From assembly GCA_026770705.1 (NCBI GenBank), contig JANJGN010000210.1:186001-250000 (forward strand): 64,000 nt of DNA. Reading direction: 5' to 3'. Origin of the DNA: Isurus oxyrinchus. Lineage: Eukaryota. Each line of letters begins with the position of its first letter. Positions within the stretch are counted from its first letter, which is position 1. Shown piece after piece: positions 38,399 to 50,729 of the stretch. The notes under the pieces are model-generated. The model had not been told where the DNA came from, did not search any database, and saw only the letters and a program-made list of their open reading frames with translations. Made by a program: the position numbers and the translations under genes.

Positions 38399-38904
38399 AT
38401 GCAGCTGCTCGGCACCTTGGTTGTGCGGGGGAGTATTTATCACAGGTAATTGTGAACTGAACATCAAGTCATCTTTTCTCCCGTTTCCTAGCCAAGGTTC
38501 AGGGTCATGTTTAATCAGCCACCGTTCATATCTTGCCCACTCTTATTTTGTTTCCAGATCTAAGTGATGGTGATTCAGTGACTCAGCCGCTGTCCACACG
38601 TGTTAAGGCAGAGGGAGAAGGAGTGACACGGAGCTGTAGGTACGATTCTACAGCGAGCAGCTTTAGTCTTATTCTGGTACCGACAACACGCAACACACAG
38701 CCCGAGTATATGGTCAGGAAGGATAGTGACGGTGATGAATTTAAAGCAGATTTTGCTAAACTCGCTTGTCTTCGGGTCTCCAGACCTTCAATAAAGTCAT
38801 CTGTTTATCCATCTCGGGTTTGCAGCGGACTGACGCTGCCGTGTAATACTGCACTTTCACGGACTCACAGTGACGGAATGCAGTCTCACTCCTGTACAAA
38901 ATTG
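38399..38904 (+). pseudogene. V pseudogene (family A)
   Basis: 47-nt (frameshifted) leader 38399-38445; V exon from 38558 with frameshifts and TAA in YYC; RSS CACAGTG-23-ACAAAATTG at 38866-38904. Confidence 0.9.
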
Positions 38905-40349
38905 CGACTGAACTGCGGAGTGGGATTCACTGACTGTTGAGCATTGTGGTGAATCTCAGGCACATTTAGCCTCTCAAAACACACCGGAAGGAAACCAAAT
39001 GAACCTCGGAACAAACTGTCACCCAACAGTTTTCTAAGAGAGGCTGAGAAAATAAACCTTCAGCTTCTCAACGGGCAGAGAGACATAGAAGAGAATCCTA
39101 TTGGAAGGGAGCCGTTCAGATCCCTTCCCTCACTGACCTGCTGCCGTGTGAGAACTGTCGATGCTGAGCTATCTGTGTTTGCGAGTGTGTGTGTGATTCC
39201 GGCAGTGTCCAGCATGTCAGTGAACGGAAACACCCCAAGCTCGGCTACTCTCAATGCCCTGAGCGGAGTAATGGCTTTGCTGTTCGAGATCCGGGTGGAA
39301 GTGGGAACGCCAGGCCCAGTGCTGATCAACAGGAAAGCAAGTTTAATGGAGAAGAAAACTGTTCCAACGTTATGAAGACTTGCTTGTGTTTGTTTTAACG
39401 ACCATAGTCACTAACTTGCAAGATCTTCTGCCTGTGTAAAAAGTACTCTGATCCAGTGTCAGGAATATAAAATAATTTTCGTAATGTTATTAGAAATTAT
39501 TGTTAAGTGGAGTAACAGTGGGGTCTGGGGTCTGTGCGTGAATTAATTCAATTAAAGGCAGATGGTCTGAAGACTTTGATGTATTGGAAGATAAGCTCGG
39601 TTTGAAAAGTGAACGTTTCAGTGGGTGTTTTCGAATGTGTGCGTTTGTGTGTGTGGGAGCTGTGTGTGTGTATCTGTGTGCGTCTATCTGTGTTTGCGAG
39701 TGTGTGTGTGATTCCGGCAGTGTCCACCAGAGGGTAGATTTCAAAAGGTGCGTGTGCGTTTGTGCATGCGCGCAGTCGGCCGCTGAGACACACAAAGTGA
39801 TAGGAAATCAAATTAACCTCGGATCAAACTGTCAGCCAACTGTTTCTCACAGACTGCAGAATCCGATTGGACAGATTGACATGGAAGTGAATCATACCTG
39901 AAGAAATCCTGTCCAATCCACATTGGTTGTTCACCTGTAAATCAGGGTTAATGGGGGAGGGAGACATTCTAGAGTGAGGAACACATCCTCAAACAGAACA
40001 CACATTAGGGGCGCTCTTCCTTCACTGCCCCGTTCCTTCTTTGCCGCTGTCTCAGAATACTGGATCTTTCTCCCTAACAGCGCGGTGGGTGTACACCGCT
40101 GCAATAAAAACAACAAACTCATGAATGAGTCTCTGGTGGCGATTGCGGTAAGTTGCGCTTTCGCAGCTTCTGCAATCAAAGAAAAAAATTAGCAACATCT
40201 CTTTCTGGCCACCGAGCGTGGCTATTTGAATATATATGCATGTGTGCCATTGTGTGTTCCGATGCTATCCAGTGGAGGGCGCTCGCTGATCACTTGACAG
40301 CGATATTTTTGCTCAACTGCAGAAAGAGTTTTTCTCATTGATCTGCCAG

Positions 40350-40850
40350 CTGCGGGCTGCACTGGCTGGGCCAACATTTATTGCCCATCCCTAGTTGCCT
40401 TTGAGGAGATGCTGGTGAGCTGCCTTCTTAAACGCTGCAGCCCATGTGGTGTAAGTGCATCCACAATGCTGTTAGCGAGGGAGTTCCAGGATTTTGACCC
40501 AGTGACAGTAATGCAATGATTATATATTTCCAAATCAGGATTGTGAGGTATTTGGAGGGGAACATCTAGGTGGTGGTGTTCTCATCTATCTGCTGCCCTT
40601 GTCCTTCTAGATGGTAGTGGTCGTGGTTTTGGATGGTCCTGTCGAAGGAACCTTTGCGAATTCCTGCAGTGCATCTTATAGATGGTACTTCCTGCTATTG
40701 CTGTGCGTCGGTGGTGGAGGTAATGAATGTTTGTGGTGTGGTGCCAGTCAAGTGAGCTGCTTTGTCCTTGATGGTGTTGAGCTTCTAGAGTGTTGTGGGA
40801 GCTGTGGGAGCTGTAATCATCCAGGCAAATGGAGAATGTTCCGTCACAAT
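40350..40850 (-). mobile_element. HER1-type LINE 3' fragment
   Basis: GGCTGGGCCAACATTTATTGCCCATCCCTA tail plus TIYKMHCRNS; similar pieces at 35930-36160, 36415-36625 and 49060-49240. Confidence 0.75.
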
Positions 40851-42357
40851 CAAGCGAATATTTGGAGAACGGGCCCATATTCCCAATCGGGATGTTACCA
40901 ACATTGTCAAAGAATTGGCACCTGGGTACCACAAACGGACAAACTGTGTGTTTGAATGATTATAATATCTTCCATTGTCGCAGGAGTATTTGACATAAGC
41001 GCAGAAGGAATGTTAAAAAGAAACCACGGGCCACACTTACTCTGAAGAGCGGACATTATTCACTCTGCTCAATTTCCCCCCTTATTGGCGATGAGAAAGA
41101 TTATTTCTTTTTAGTGTGGTACGTTCAAGCTAGATCAGAATGGTCTATGATAAATGCGCTGCTATGTGCAGTTAACTATAGAACTAAGAGAGATGGATAA
41201 CTGCATCGTTCACTGGTTACAGTGAATCCTCCGGTAAGATTTCCTCTCGCCCCCTCTAAGCTGCCATTAATGTGTTCTTTGTGATAAAATGTTCCAAGAA
41301 AGTAAGGATCTTATATTTTTCCAGGAATTAATGACCTGAAGAACCTTCATTAAACCATTTCAGATGTTGCTACATAGACAGGAATTGGAGCAATCCCTCC
41401 TTTTACCTAATGCTCTGATATTGTCACAAATGGAGAGGCCATGTGCAGAGTCCCTCTCAGCTCTTTATATTTGATGTTCCGCAGGAAGTGACATCGGACC
41501 AATCCCGACTCTTTCCCATAGGAAGGTGACATTAGTGCTTTTTGATTGGATATTGAGCAGCTCCCTGAGACACAGAAAAGACCCTGGGATTCTGAAGCAG
41601 CAGCAATGTGGCTCTCTCTTAACGCTGGGATCTGGGGGCCATTCATTGGCGTTAAGAGGATGAAACATTTTTAGAAAGTAACATTAATTTCAGGATGAAT
41701 CAACGTGAAAAGCAGAGAGTTGGTGTTATCCTTTCAACAGCCCGCTGTTGGACCACATTTGCAGTTTCACCAAAAGCAAATAGAAGATCAGGAGAAATTT
41801 AGGGGGAAAATATTTACCAAGACGAGAACAGAATTGAGAGACAACATCGATGAGGAATAATTGGAGATAGTAGGGTTCTTCTCCACAGTTAAGTCAGGAC
41901 TGAGGGACGAGCTGACAGAGATCCGTAAATAGATGAAAGAGGTTGATAGGATTGAAATGGAAAACTTTCCACATGTCACGGATTATAGAGCTACGGGGCA
42001 CAAACACAAGAGTGCGAAAAAATATCCAATGGAGTTTTCAGGAGAGGTTTTGCACCCAGGGACTGGTTAGAATGTTCACTTTACATTCACAAAGAGGATT
42101 TCGGGTGAACAGCGTCCCTGATATAATTGGACAGGTGATGGGGGAATGAAGAGGAGGATATGATAGTAGAGTTAATGAGGAGTGATGGAAGGTGATGCTG
42201 GCGATTGTAAACACCCGCAGGCACTACTTGCGCCCAATAACCTTTTCTATCGCCCCAATGATATCTCCGTCTAAGTAAAACTCTCTGTGAATTATTGCCG
42301 TCAGTTCAATTGAAGTTTTAATCGCTGATTTCCGCTTTCTTTAACCGTGCGTTCCAG

Positions 42358-42700
42358 ATCCGATCGTTTGGGATTCTGTTTCTTAGCGGGAATCCTCACT
42401 CACACAGACAGAGGGAGAAGGTGTCACTTTAACCTGCACCTATACCGGCGCTGGTTATTATTTATTCTGATACCGTCAGTACCCCGGAAAACAGCCCGAG
42501 ATTGGAGTCCAGATATACACGGAAGGCAGTGCGGAATATAAGGTGAATTTCGCTCAGAGCCAGTTTTCTGATACAGCCCAGCAGTCAGACAAGTTGTACC
42601 GATTGACCATTCCGGAGCTGTGGCTGTCTGACACCGCGGTCTATTACTGTGCACAGAGTCTCACAGTGAAGGGAACGAGTGCAAACCTCGTACAATAAGT
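42358..42700 (+). pseudogene. V pseudogene (family A-related)
   Basis: CAG acceptor, TQTEGEGVTLTCTY, stops and frameshifts, DTAVYYCAQS; RSS CACAGTG-23-ACAATAAGT at 42662-42700. Confidence 0.8.
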
Positions 42701-42784
42701 GCTGCAGCTTTCTGGGTCAAAGCTGCTGTCTGCTGAGTGTTGTTTATCACAGACATGACACGTGAAAGCAATCCTGTGGGCAAA

Positions 42785-43570
42785 AAGAACAAGCACAATC
42801 CACATATACAGCAGCTAAAATCTTTCCGTTTGAATGCTGACCCTCTTCCTGTTGATTGCATTAACGTTGTGGAGGCTGAATTGGCTGCTCGCCAGTTCCC
42901 ATTTGCCAGAACAATCTCCAGCCCCTTTCCTGAAACCAGTTCTACCAGTTTACCGCTGCTTCAGGGACAGCTCGTGGCAAGGGGACAAGGAATCATTGTG
43001 CTAAAAGATTAGTCTGCAGCGTAAACAGAAGTATGCCAAGGGGAGAAGGTCATGATAATTATATGAACCTCATTAAATGTTCCGAAATGTTAAAGACATT
43101 TGAACATATTAATACAAATCATGTACAATATAAGCCGCCCCTGAGGGTTTGCTGCCATCTGGCGGGAGAAATCAGAATTGTTCCTGTCATTGTTTCCTTC
43201 AGTTCAGAGGGCCGGTGTTTCGGAATTATGCTCCGAAGACAATCGAAAGACCACACAGACGCCGGGGGCGGTAAGCATAACCACCATCCAATTACGTTCA
43301 CGTTGAACACTGGCTGTCTCTCTCTCTAATGATTGCATTAAGGCAATGAGGGCAGAATTGGCTGCTCGTCATTCCCGTTAAAAAAAACAAACTCCCAACC
43401 GCTTTCCTGGAACGAGCTCTGTCGGTTTCCGGCTCCTTCAGACAAAGCTGTAATAATTGGTTTTATATACCAGCCTGCAGGGGAAGCAGGAGTCCGCTAG
43501 CTGGAAACGATCGTAATAATTATGAGCCTGATTAAATATCCCGCGTTGTTAAAGACGTTTGACATCATTC
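42785..43570. repeat. Old, roughly 0.48-kb direct duplication
   Basis: GATTGCATTAA..GAATTGGCTGCTCG..CCAG/TAGTCTGCAG..ATAATTAT..ATTAAAT..GTTAAAGAC recurs at about 42854-43100 and 43331-43560. Confidence 0.65.
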
Positions 43571-43589
43571 AATGATTGTATTCTTTTTC

Positions 43590-44730
43590 GATTCATGTAC
43601 GGGATGTGGGCGTCGCTGGCTGGGCCAGCATTTATTGCGCATCCCTAATTTCCCTTGAGAAGGTGATGGTGAGCTGCCTTCTTGAACAGCTGCAGTTCAT
43701 GTCGTGTAGGTAAACCCACAATGCTGTTAGGATGGGAGATCCAGGATTCTGACCCAGCGACAGTGAAGGAACGACGATATATTTCCAAGTCAGGATGGTG
43801 TGTGGTTTGGAGGGAACTTCCAGCCGTTGGTGTTCCCATCTATCTGCTGCCCTTTCTCTTCTAGATGGTACGGGTCGTGGGTTTGGAAAGTGTTGTCAAT
43901 AAGGGCCTTTGTGAATCCCTACAGTGAATTTTGCTGCTGCTGTGCATCGGTGGTGGAGGGAGTGAATGTTTTTGGATAGATTGCCAATCAAGCGGACTGC
44001 TTTGTCCTGGGCGGTTTTAAACATTTTGAGCCTTGTTGGAGCTGTACATATCCAGGCCAGTGGAAAGTATTCCATCACACTTTTGACTTGTGCCTTGTAC
44101 ATGGTGCACAGGCTTTGGGGAGTTAAGAGGTGAACCAATCGTCGCAAGATTCCTACCCTCTGACCTGCTTTCGTAGCTATGGTATTTATATGGCTAGTTC
44201 AGTTCAGTTTCTAGTCAATGGTAACACCCAGGATGTTGATAGTGGGAGATTCAGTGATGGTAATGCAATTGAACATCAAGGGTTGATGCTTCGATTCTCT
44301 CTTGTTGGACATGGTCATTGCCTGGCATTTGTTGGCCGTGAATGCTATTTGTCAGTCCAATCTTAAGTATTGCCCAGGTCTTGCTGCATTTGTACATGGG
44401 CTGCCTCAGTATCTGCACAGTCACAAATGGTTCAGAACATTGTGCAATCATCAACGAACATCCCTACTTCTGGCTTTACGGTAGAAGGGGGGTCATTGAT
44501 GAAACAGGTTATTGATAAGCAAATGTCACATGATAGCAATGTTGGTAACCTCTTTTATTACTTTACTGATGATGGAGAGTAGGCTGATGAGACGGTACTT
44601 GACCGGAGTCAACTTGTCTTGCTTTTCGTGTACAGGACATGCCTGGGCACTTTTCCATATTCCCGGGTAGGTGCTAGTTTTGTGGCTGTACTGGAACAGC
44701 TTGGCTATGGGCGCAGCTAGGTCTGGACCA
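43590..44730 (-). mobile_element. HER1/CR1-group LINE fragment
   Basis: HLLTPQSLCTMYKAQVKSVMEYFPLAW..QDKAVRLIG and the HER1 3' tail; a + strand relative lies at 48390-48750. Confidence 0.85.
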
Positions 44731-47534
44731 CAAATGGCATCACGATGTGAGAAACTCTCAGGGGAGATCCAATCCAGCTGCCCTGGGAGCCAGCAGTGCC
44801 TTTTGCATTGACGGTGATCGTGGTACTTTAACTCTTTGCAACAGGCTTATTCCAGGCAGCCTGTGGAGACCTCAGAGGGATAATGTCGCCTGCTCCATAC
44901 CATTGCATCAAGGCGTTCACAGATGTAATGTTCTGAAGGGTTGGAAATTACATGGACAGTCATGCACCTTTATGAACAGGAAAGATTTACACTTGGTCAA
45001 TGTGCAGCTGGTGTGCCACCATTAGGTGGCGTCCAGTGATCATGAAAGGCACTATATTCGTGCTTATATTTTTGTTATGAATTATAGGCGCAAAATAAAA
45101 AGTGTCGGATTGAGCCAATGAGCCATAGCTTTCCAGACTGACCCTAAATCCAAGCAGTGGACGAAGCCGCTCAGCACCCTGGAATAAAAGAACTATCCAT
45201 TCTTCAAAACCTCCTCTCCCACCCTCACTGCTGCTTCAACATAGCCCTGCATTTTATTTCCATTGGAGACCATGTCTCCATTGATAATGGATTAGACCCT
45301 GTCCAATTGTCCTACTTAGGTTACCCTGGAGCATGACGCCTGTTGCCATGGTTTTCACACCTCAGCACTGTTGTAATTGACGTGAACTGACAGAGCTTCT
45401 GGTCTACAAGGCAGGTGCAGTTTCATGTCAGGGATGTTGCTAAGACTCTCAATGAGTACTTTCGATCAGCACTTTCGGTCAGCTGCACACTCGGGATGGG
45501 CGAAGTGAACAATTTCTCCAAGCTGTGGAACTCTGCAGAAAAACAAACTATCTTCTCTCCAAATCTGTTTGCCTTCATAACCGCAGGTAATTCTAGCAGG
45601 GTAAAATTGGGATGAGTTGTGGCCGATACCAAGGGAAACAATACCTGCTGACGTGAGCATTACTATGGGCGCAAGCTAAAGCCACTCCCGCTCCTTCCAT
45701 CTTAATTTCAGAAGGCAGCGACTATGTGAGCGAATCTCCATGACCCGGATCCCGAAATCAGGCTGAGAACGAGCAGATTAGATGCACACACGTTAAAACA
45801 AATAGATTCAAAAGACTCTGGGAAGGAGGGTGAATAGACAATGAGTTAGACCCACCAACATCAGCACCCGATTACAAACTGTAATATCCACAGTAGTTCA
45901 GACAGTGGGAGAATAGAATTCTATTCGGCAGCAAGACATAGCGAGAAGTGAAATAATAATGAAGACCGGCACTAGAGAGTTCCACAGATTGATTTCTGAC
46001 TCTGTAACTCTCCGGGATGCTCGCGGTCGGAGAAGTGATGTAATTACCCGTCCCACTGGATTTCTCATTCATGACAAACAGGGAACGCCGACAGAAATAT
46101 TCCTGATATCAGAGCGGGCAAGGCGGGATAGGCAGAGAGAGCAAACAACGGAAGCTGTTGCTGGGCCAAGGCGAGACAGATGTAATACATATACAATCTG
46201 AAAGGATTTCTCGCGTCATCCTTGGCTTATATCAAAGCGTTTGGATGCTAATTGAATTGAAAGAATCCAGTCCCAGGAGACAGACTACAGTACTTGTGTC
46301 ATGTAACAGTAGGCTGAACAAAAGACCAGGCGATAGAATAGTGGTAATGCTGCTGATGAGAGTAATACAGAGCATTAATACTCTGGAGATATGAGTTCAA
46401 AGCGAAACAAAGATCATGGAAGTGAGTGTCACATTGTTATAAAACCGCATCTGGTTCACTAACCTGCCTCGGATAAAGAAATCCGTCACTTTTGCCCATG
46501 TGACGGCAAATTCACAGCAATGAGCTTGCTTCATTACTGCGCCCGGAAATTTCCTCGCAGGCCACTCATTTGAATCAAGCCACCACAGAAGAATAGGACT
46601 GTGTGTGCATCTACATCACAGACAAGACGGCACACCATCACCTTCGCAATGACATGTCGCAATGTGCGCTTAATTTTGCCCATGCTGGCTGTGTTCAATT
46701 CTAAAGAACGAATTAAAAATTATTTCAATCACCACCCCATCCGAGTGCCCCAATGTAGCCGTATCAGGCAGTGGCTGTGTGGAAACGTACCCTACAGCAA
46801 TATCCTCAATGGAAGTGTTGAAATAAAACTGGAGAACATTGATAAAACATATAAGAGCTCAAAATGCAATATCGAGATATCTTTCGTACACACAGGGAAT
46901 AACGAATATGTTCTAATTACGTTCAGTGAGAGTTAGGGAGGAGTATCACCTGGACAAGTTTAAGGGAACTCTTGGGGAAGAAGAGAGAGAGGGAGCCCCG
47001 GAGAATTGAGTTAAAACATGAAAAACCGACATGAAATAGATGTCACCATTTCAAAACGAGAAGCAGTGCTTCATTTTCTACATTCTTGTTGTCAAGGAGA
47101 ATAACCTTTTTCTTCGAAATGTGTTCAAGTTTACCATTTTCGTGCATTGACAAACAACCGCCCCTTTGCAGCCTCTCGATAGCTTAATTTCCACCATAGC
47201 TCTGCATAATCGGAAAGCCTGGAAACATTATATCTGTTCCTTCTCCATCTTGATAACGTCCAGTTGGACTCCATCGGATCAGGAAGGATTTCTTCCCCAA
47301 TCCTGCACTGTAAATCCGAATCGATTCCCTCTGTAAGGATAGTGAGTGTAATCCAGGTCAAGGCGCTTCGAGTTACTCTCTGCTCTCTCAAAACCTGGCG
47401 TTCTCGGCTCACCACAGGGGACACAGGAAGTGAGGTGTAAACATCCTGAGACAGAGCAACAGATTATTGAGGGCGGGGATTAGAAAGGGTGTCTTCAAAT
47501 ATCGAGCAGCCGTTTGGCAGGGCGGACAGCGATA

Positions 47535-48002
47535 ATGCGGCTACTCAGCATCTGGGCTGTGTGGACAGCGATTCTGACAGGTAAACGTGAAGGGAATACA
47601 CTTCATCTTTTCTCTCTTTTCTCAGGCATGTTTTCAATCAGATTTCAATAAGCTATCCGTCTTAACTTTACTGTTTTAATACATCTTTTCCAGGCGGGAC
47701 TCATGGAGATTCTGTCACTCAGCCACTCTCATCAGATGTTAAGACCGAAGGCCAAGAGGTGACTTTGAAATGTAACTATGATACTACAAGTGACAGCTAT
47801 ACGTTATACTGGTACCGGCAACACCCAGACACACAGCCCCAGTTTGTACTGTACAAGGATAATTATGACAGTGAGAATATAGCAGAATTTGCGAAAAGTC
47901 GTTTCTCTGTAGAGCTCCAGATCTCCACTAAATTCACCAGTTTAACCATCTCGGGTCTGCAGCTGACTGACGCCGCCGTCTATTACTGCGCTTTCTGGGA
48001 CG
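47535..48002 (+). CDS. TCR alpha/delta V segment (family A), apparently functional
   Basis: Leader 47535-47580 MRLLSIWAVWTAILT with GT donor; V exon 47694-48002 DSVTQP..VTLKCNY..LYWYRQ..DAAVYYCAFWD; RSS CACAGTG-23-ACAAAAACT at 48003-48041. Confidence 0.95.
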
Positions 48003-50729
48003 CACAGTGATGAAAATCAGTCTCACCCCTGTACAAAAACTGCCTATGCACTGTTAGTGGGAACTCCAGTCTGTTGGGGTCTGTGTCGAATCTCGGGTAG
48101 ATGAAGTGACAATGCTCAGCGGCGCTGCCAGCCGCTCAGACACATAGCGACGCGAAACCACATTAACCTCGGATCAAACTGCCGCCCAACTGTTCCCAGG
48201 AGCGGCCCAGAAAATCAAACAAACTGCAGAATCCGATCGGGCAGACAGACATGGAAGGGAATTTGACCTGACGTCCGATCCTCATTCGTTGTTCATTATC
48301 ACCAGTAAATCAAGGTTAATGGAGGATGAGGGAGACATCTGCAAACAGAATGCAAACCGAACGCGATCTATGCTTGGTTCAGTAATCACAGGGCTGGACT
48401 GCACTAGCCATATAAATACTGTGGCTACAAGAGCTGGTCAGTGGCTAGGAATCCTGCGACGAGTAATTCACTCCCCTATTCACTAAAGTCTATCCACCTT
48501 CTGCAAGGTAAAAATCAGGAGTGTGATGGAATACTCCTCACTCGCCTGGATCAGTGCAGCTCCCAAAACACTCCAGAAGCTGGACACCGCTCAGGACAAA
48601 GCAGTCCGTTTAATTGGCACCACATTCACAAACATTCACTCCCTCCACCACCAAAGCACCGTCACAGCAATGTGTACCATATACAAGATGCACGGCAGGA
48701 ATTCACCGAGGATCATTCGACAACACCTTCCGATAGCAGATGGATGGGAATACCAGCAAAAGTAGGACAGCATAAGGTAAAAAAAAGATATAGATGCATT
48801 TCTGAAATTCAATCTTTGGTTTATATTGTGAGTTGAAATAAACTACTCTAAATCCGGTACTGATTGTCACCTGTATTGAAAGGGAAAAATATAGATAAAG
48901 GAGTAGAGACTGGTTTCAAGGGAAGGCATCCCTGAAATTCATCGTGGAGCCTGAATTCTTCCTCCTCCTCATTGGTGTGAAGGAGCCCTCTTATGCGCAC
49001 TGACTGGAATTCTCAGTGTGAGGCTTTCTACGGGCTCCTGGAAGACATGTTCAATTGTTATTCATTCATGGGATATGGGCTTCGCTGGCTGGGCCAGCAT
49101 TTATGACCTATGTGTAATTGCATTAGAAGTTGGTGGTAAGCTATCTTCTTGAACCGCTGAAGTTCATGTGGTGCAGGTTCAGCCACAGTGCTGTTCGGGA
49201 GGGAGTTCCAAGATTTTAACCCAGCGACAGGGAAGGAATTTCATGCAGTGAATAATACATGTGTCACAATTGCATTGGAGCATCTCAGATTGCAACCGTT
49301 GTGTAGATAGTTTAAGTACAGTTGCGCTGGCTCACTGTCTGTAAAGGCCACGTTGACATGTTTATAATATTCATTGACTGCATTGAAGCACTTCATGATC
49401 TATTTGGAAAACTGTAATATGATTTCATTTTTTGTGATGACCACTTTGAAACGCTTTGAACTGTTCTTTCAGATATTTTATGAATAAAGTATATTTTACC
49501 TAAAATAAACTGGATCACAGGAGGCAGACTCACTGATGGGAATGGTATAATTACTGATTGATTTAGTGACTTGGTTCATTTATTACTATCATCTTAGCAA
49601 GATGCGTGGAAGACAATAAGTGATACCATAGGTAAAAGTTAGAAATGGTGGAAAATACTATCTGGAATGTGTAGGGACAAGAATTAAGCGCTGCTCCCAC
49701 TGGGGGCGAGTACTTTCACTGATACTGTATCTATTCTTTTAGCTGGGAGGTCTCATCTACATCTGACCTGTTCACTGCACTTTGTCTTGTGCTACATGCG
49801 ACTGCCTAATTGTCACCACAGCCGTTTCGGGTCAGTGCCCATCTGAGAGGCTTTGAAGAGTAACTCTGGCCCGCTGAATGGAAGGAGAAATTGCCCGGGT
49901 GAAAGTTTGATTTCCTCCACCAGGTGGCAGACGAAGCCTAGATATCGCCCAGCTCTCTGCCTGGAGCAGCCCTCAGCCGCTGACCAGCCTTGGAATTGTC
50001 TATCAATCAATCTGTGCTTATAAATCCCATTTCGCTCCTGAAATCCACTCCAACTCAACGCATGGCATTCACCCGTCTGCTGGGTAACGGGAGTCGCTGT
50101 CCCATTCGCTGGTCCACGGGAAAAGCACTGGAGAGTTCAGTTACTTTTACGGACTTCGCATCCATTCTGTCAATGCTTCCTCAGGCAATTCTAAGGGAGG
50201 TCAATGGCAGAGTAATTAATGCTGCTGAGTCCGCGCAATCACCACCACACATCTGATACAACAACAACCCTCAAACCCCCTCCGCCCCCACCTTCCCTTC
50301 TGAAGCAAATGTGGCTCTTTCTCATTTTGTGGCTCTATTTGAATGGAGACGAATGGCAGCCGGAAAGCACCTGATGTTTTCCTGCTCCATCTCAGAAGAT
50401 GCATCTCGCTCCTTTAGACTTCTGGGTCTCAAGCCAAACGCCACAGGGTGAAAGGTCAGCCTGTGCCCCAATGGCCAACTTAATGGCTTGTCATAGACAA
50501 GAGGCCCTCTGCGAACTCGGCTGAGGCCGAGCGGACTCCGGCTTCGTGAAGATCCTGGAACAAAGATCTGACTCACCCAAATCACAGCTATGTGCAAAGC
50601 AGCAGAAAGCATGAGAGCATTGGGTCCTGAAATGCGATGAAATGCCACCAGAGTGCGTGTCTGCTTCAATTGGGCTTTAACATGGCAGTGTGACCTGAAT
50701 ATTCGGATTAGTGTAAGAGAGACTTGCAT

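Noticed and set aside
45880-46200. Additional family-B V gene
   Set aside because: Only decayed leader/promoter similarity; no V exon or RSS found
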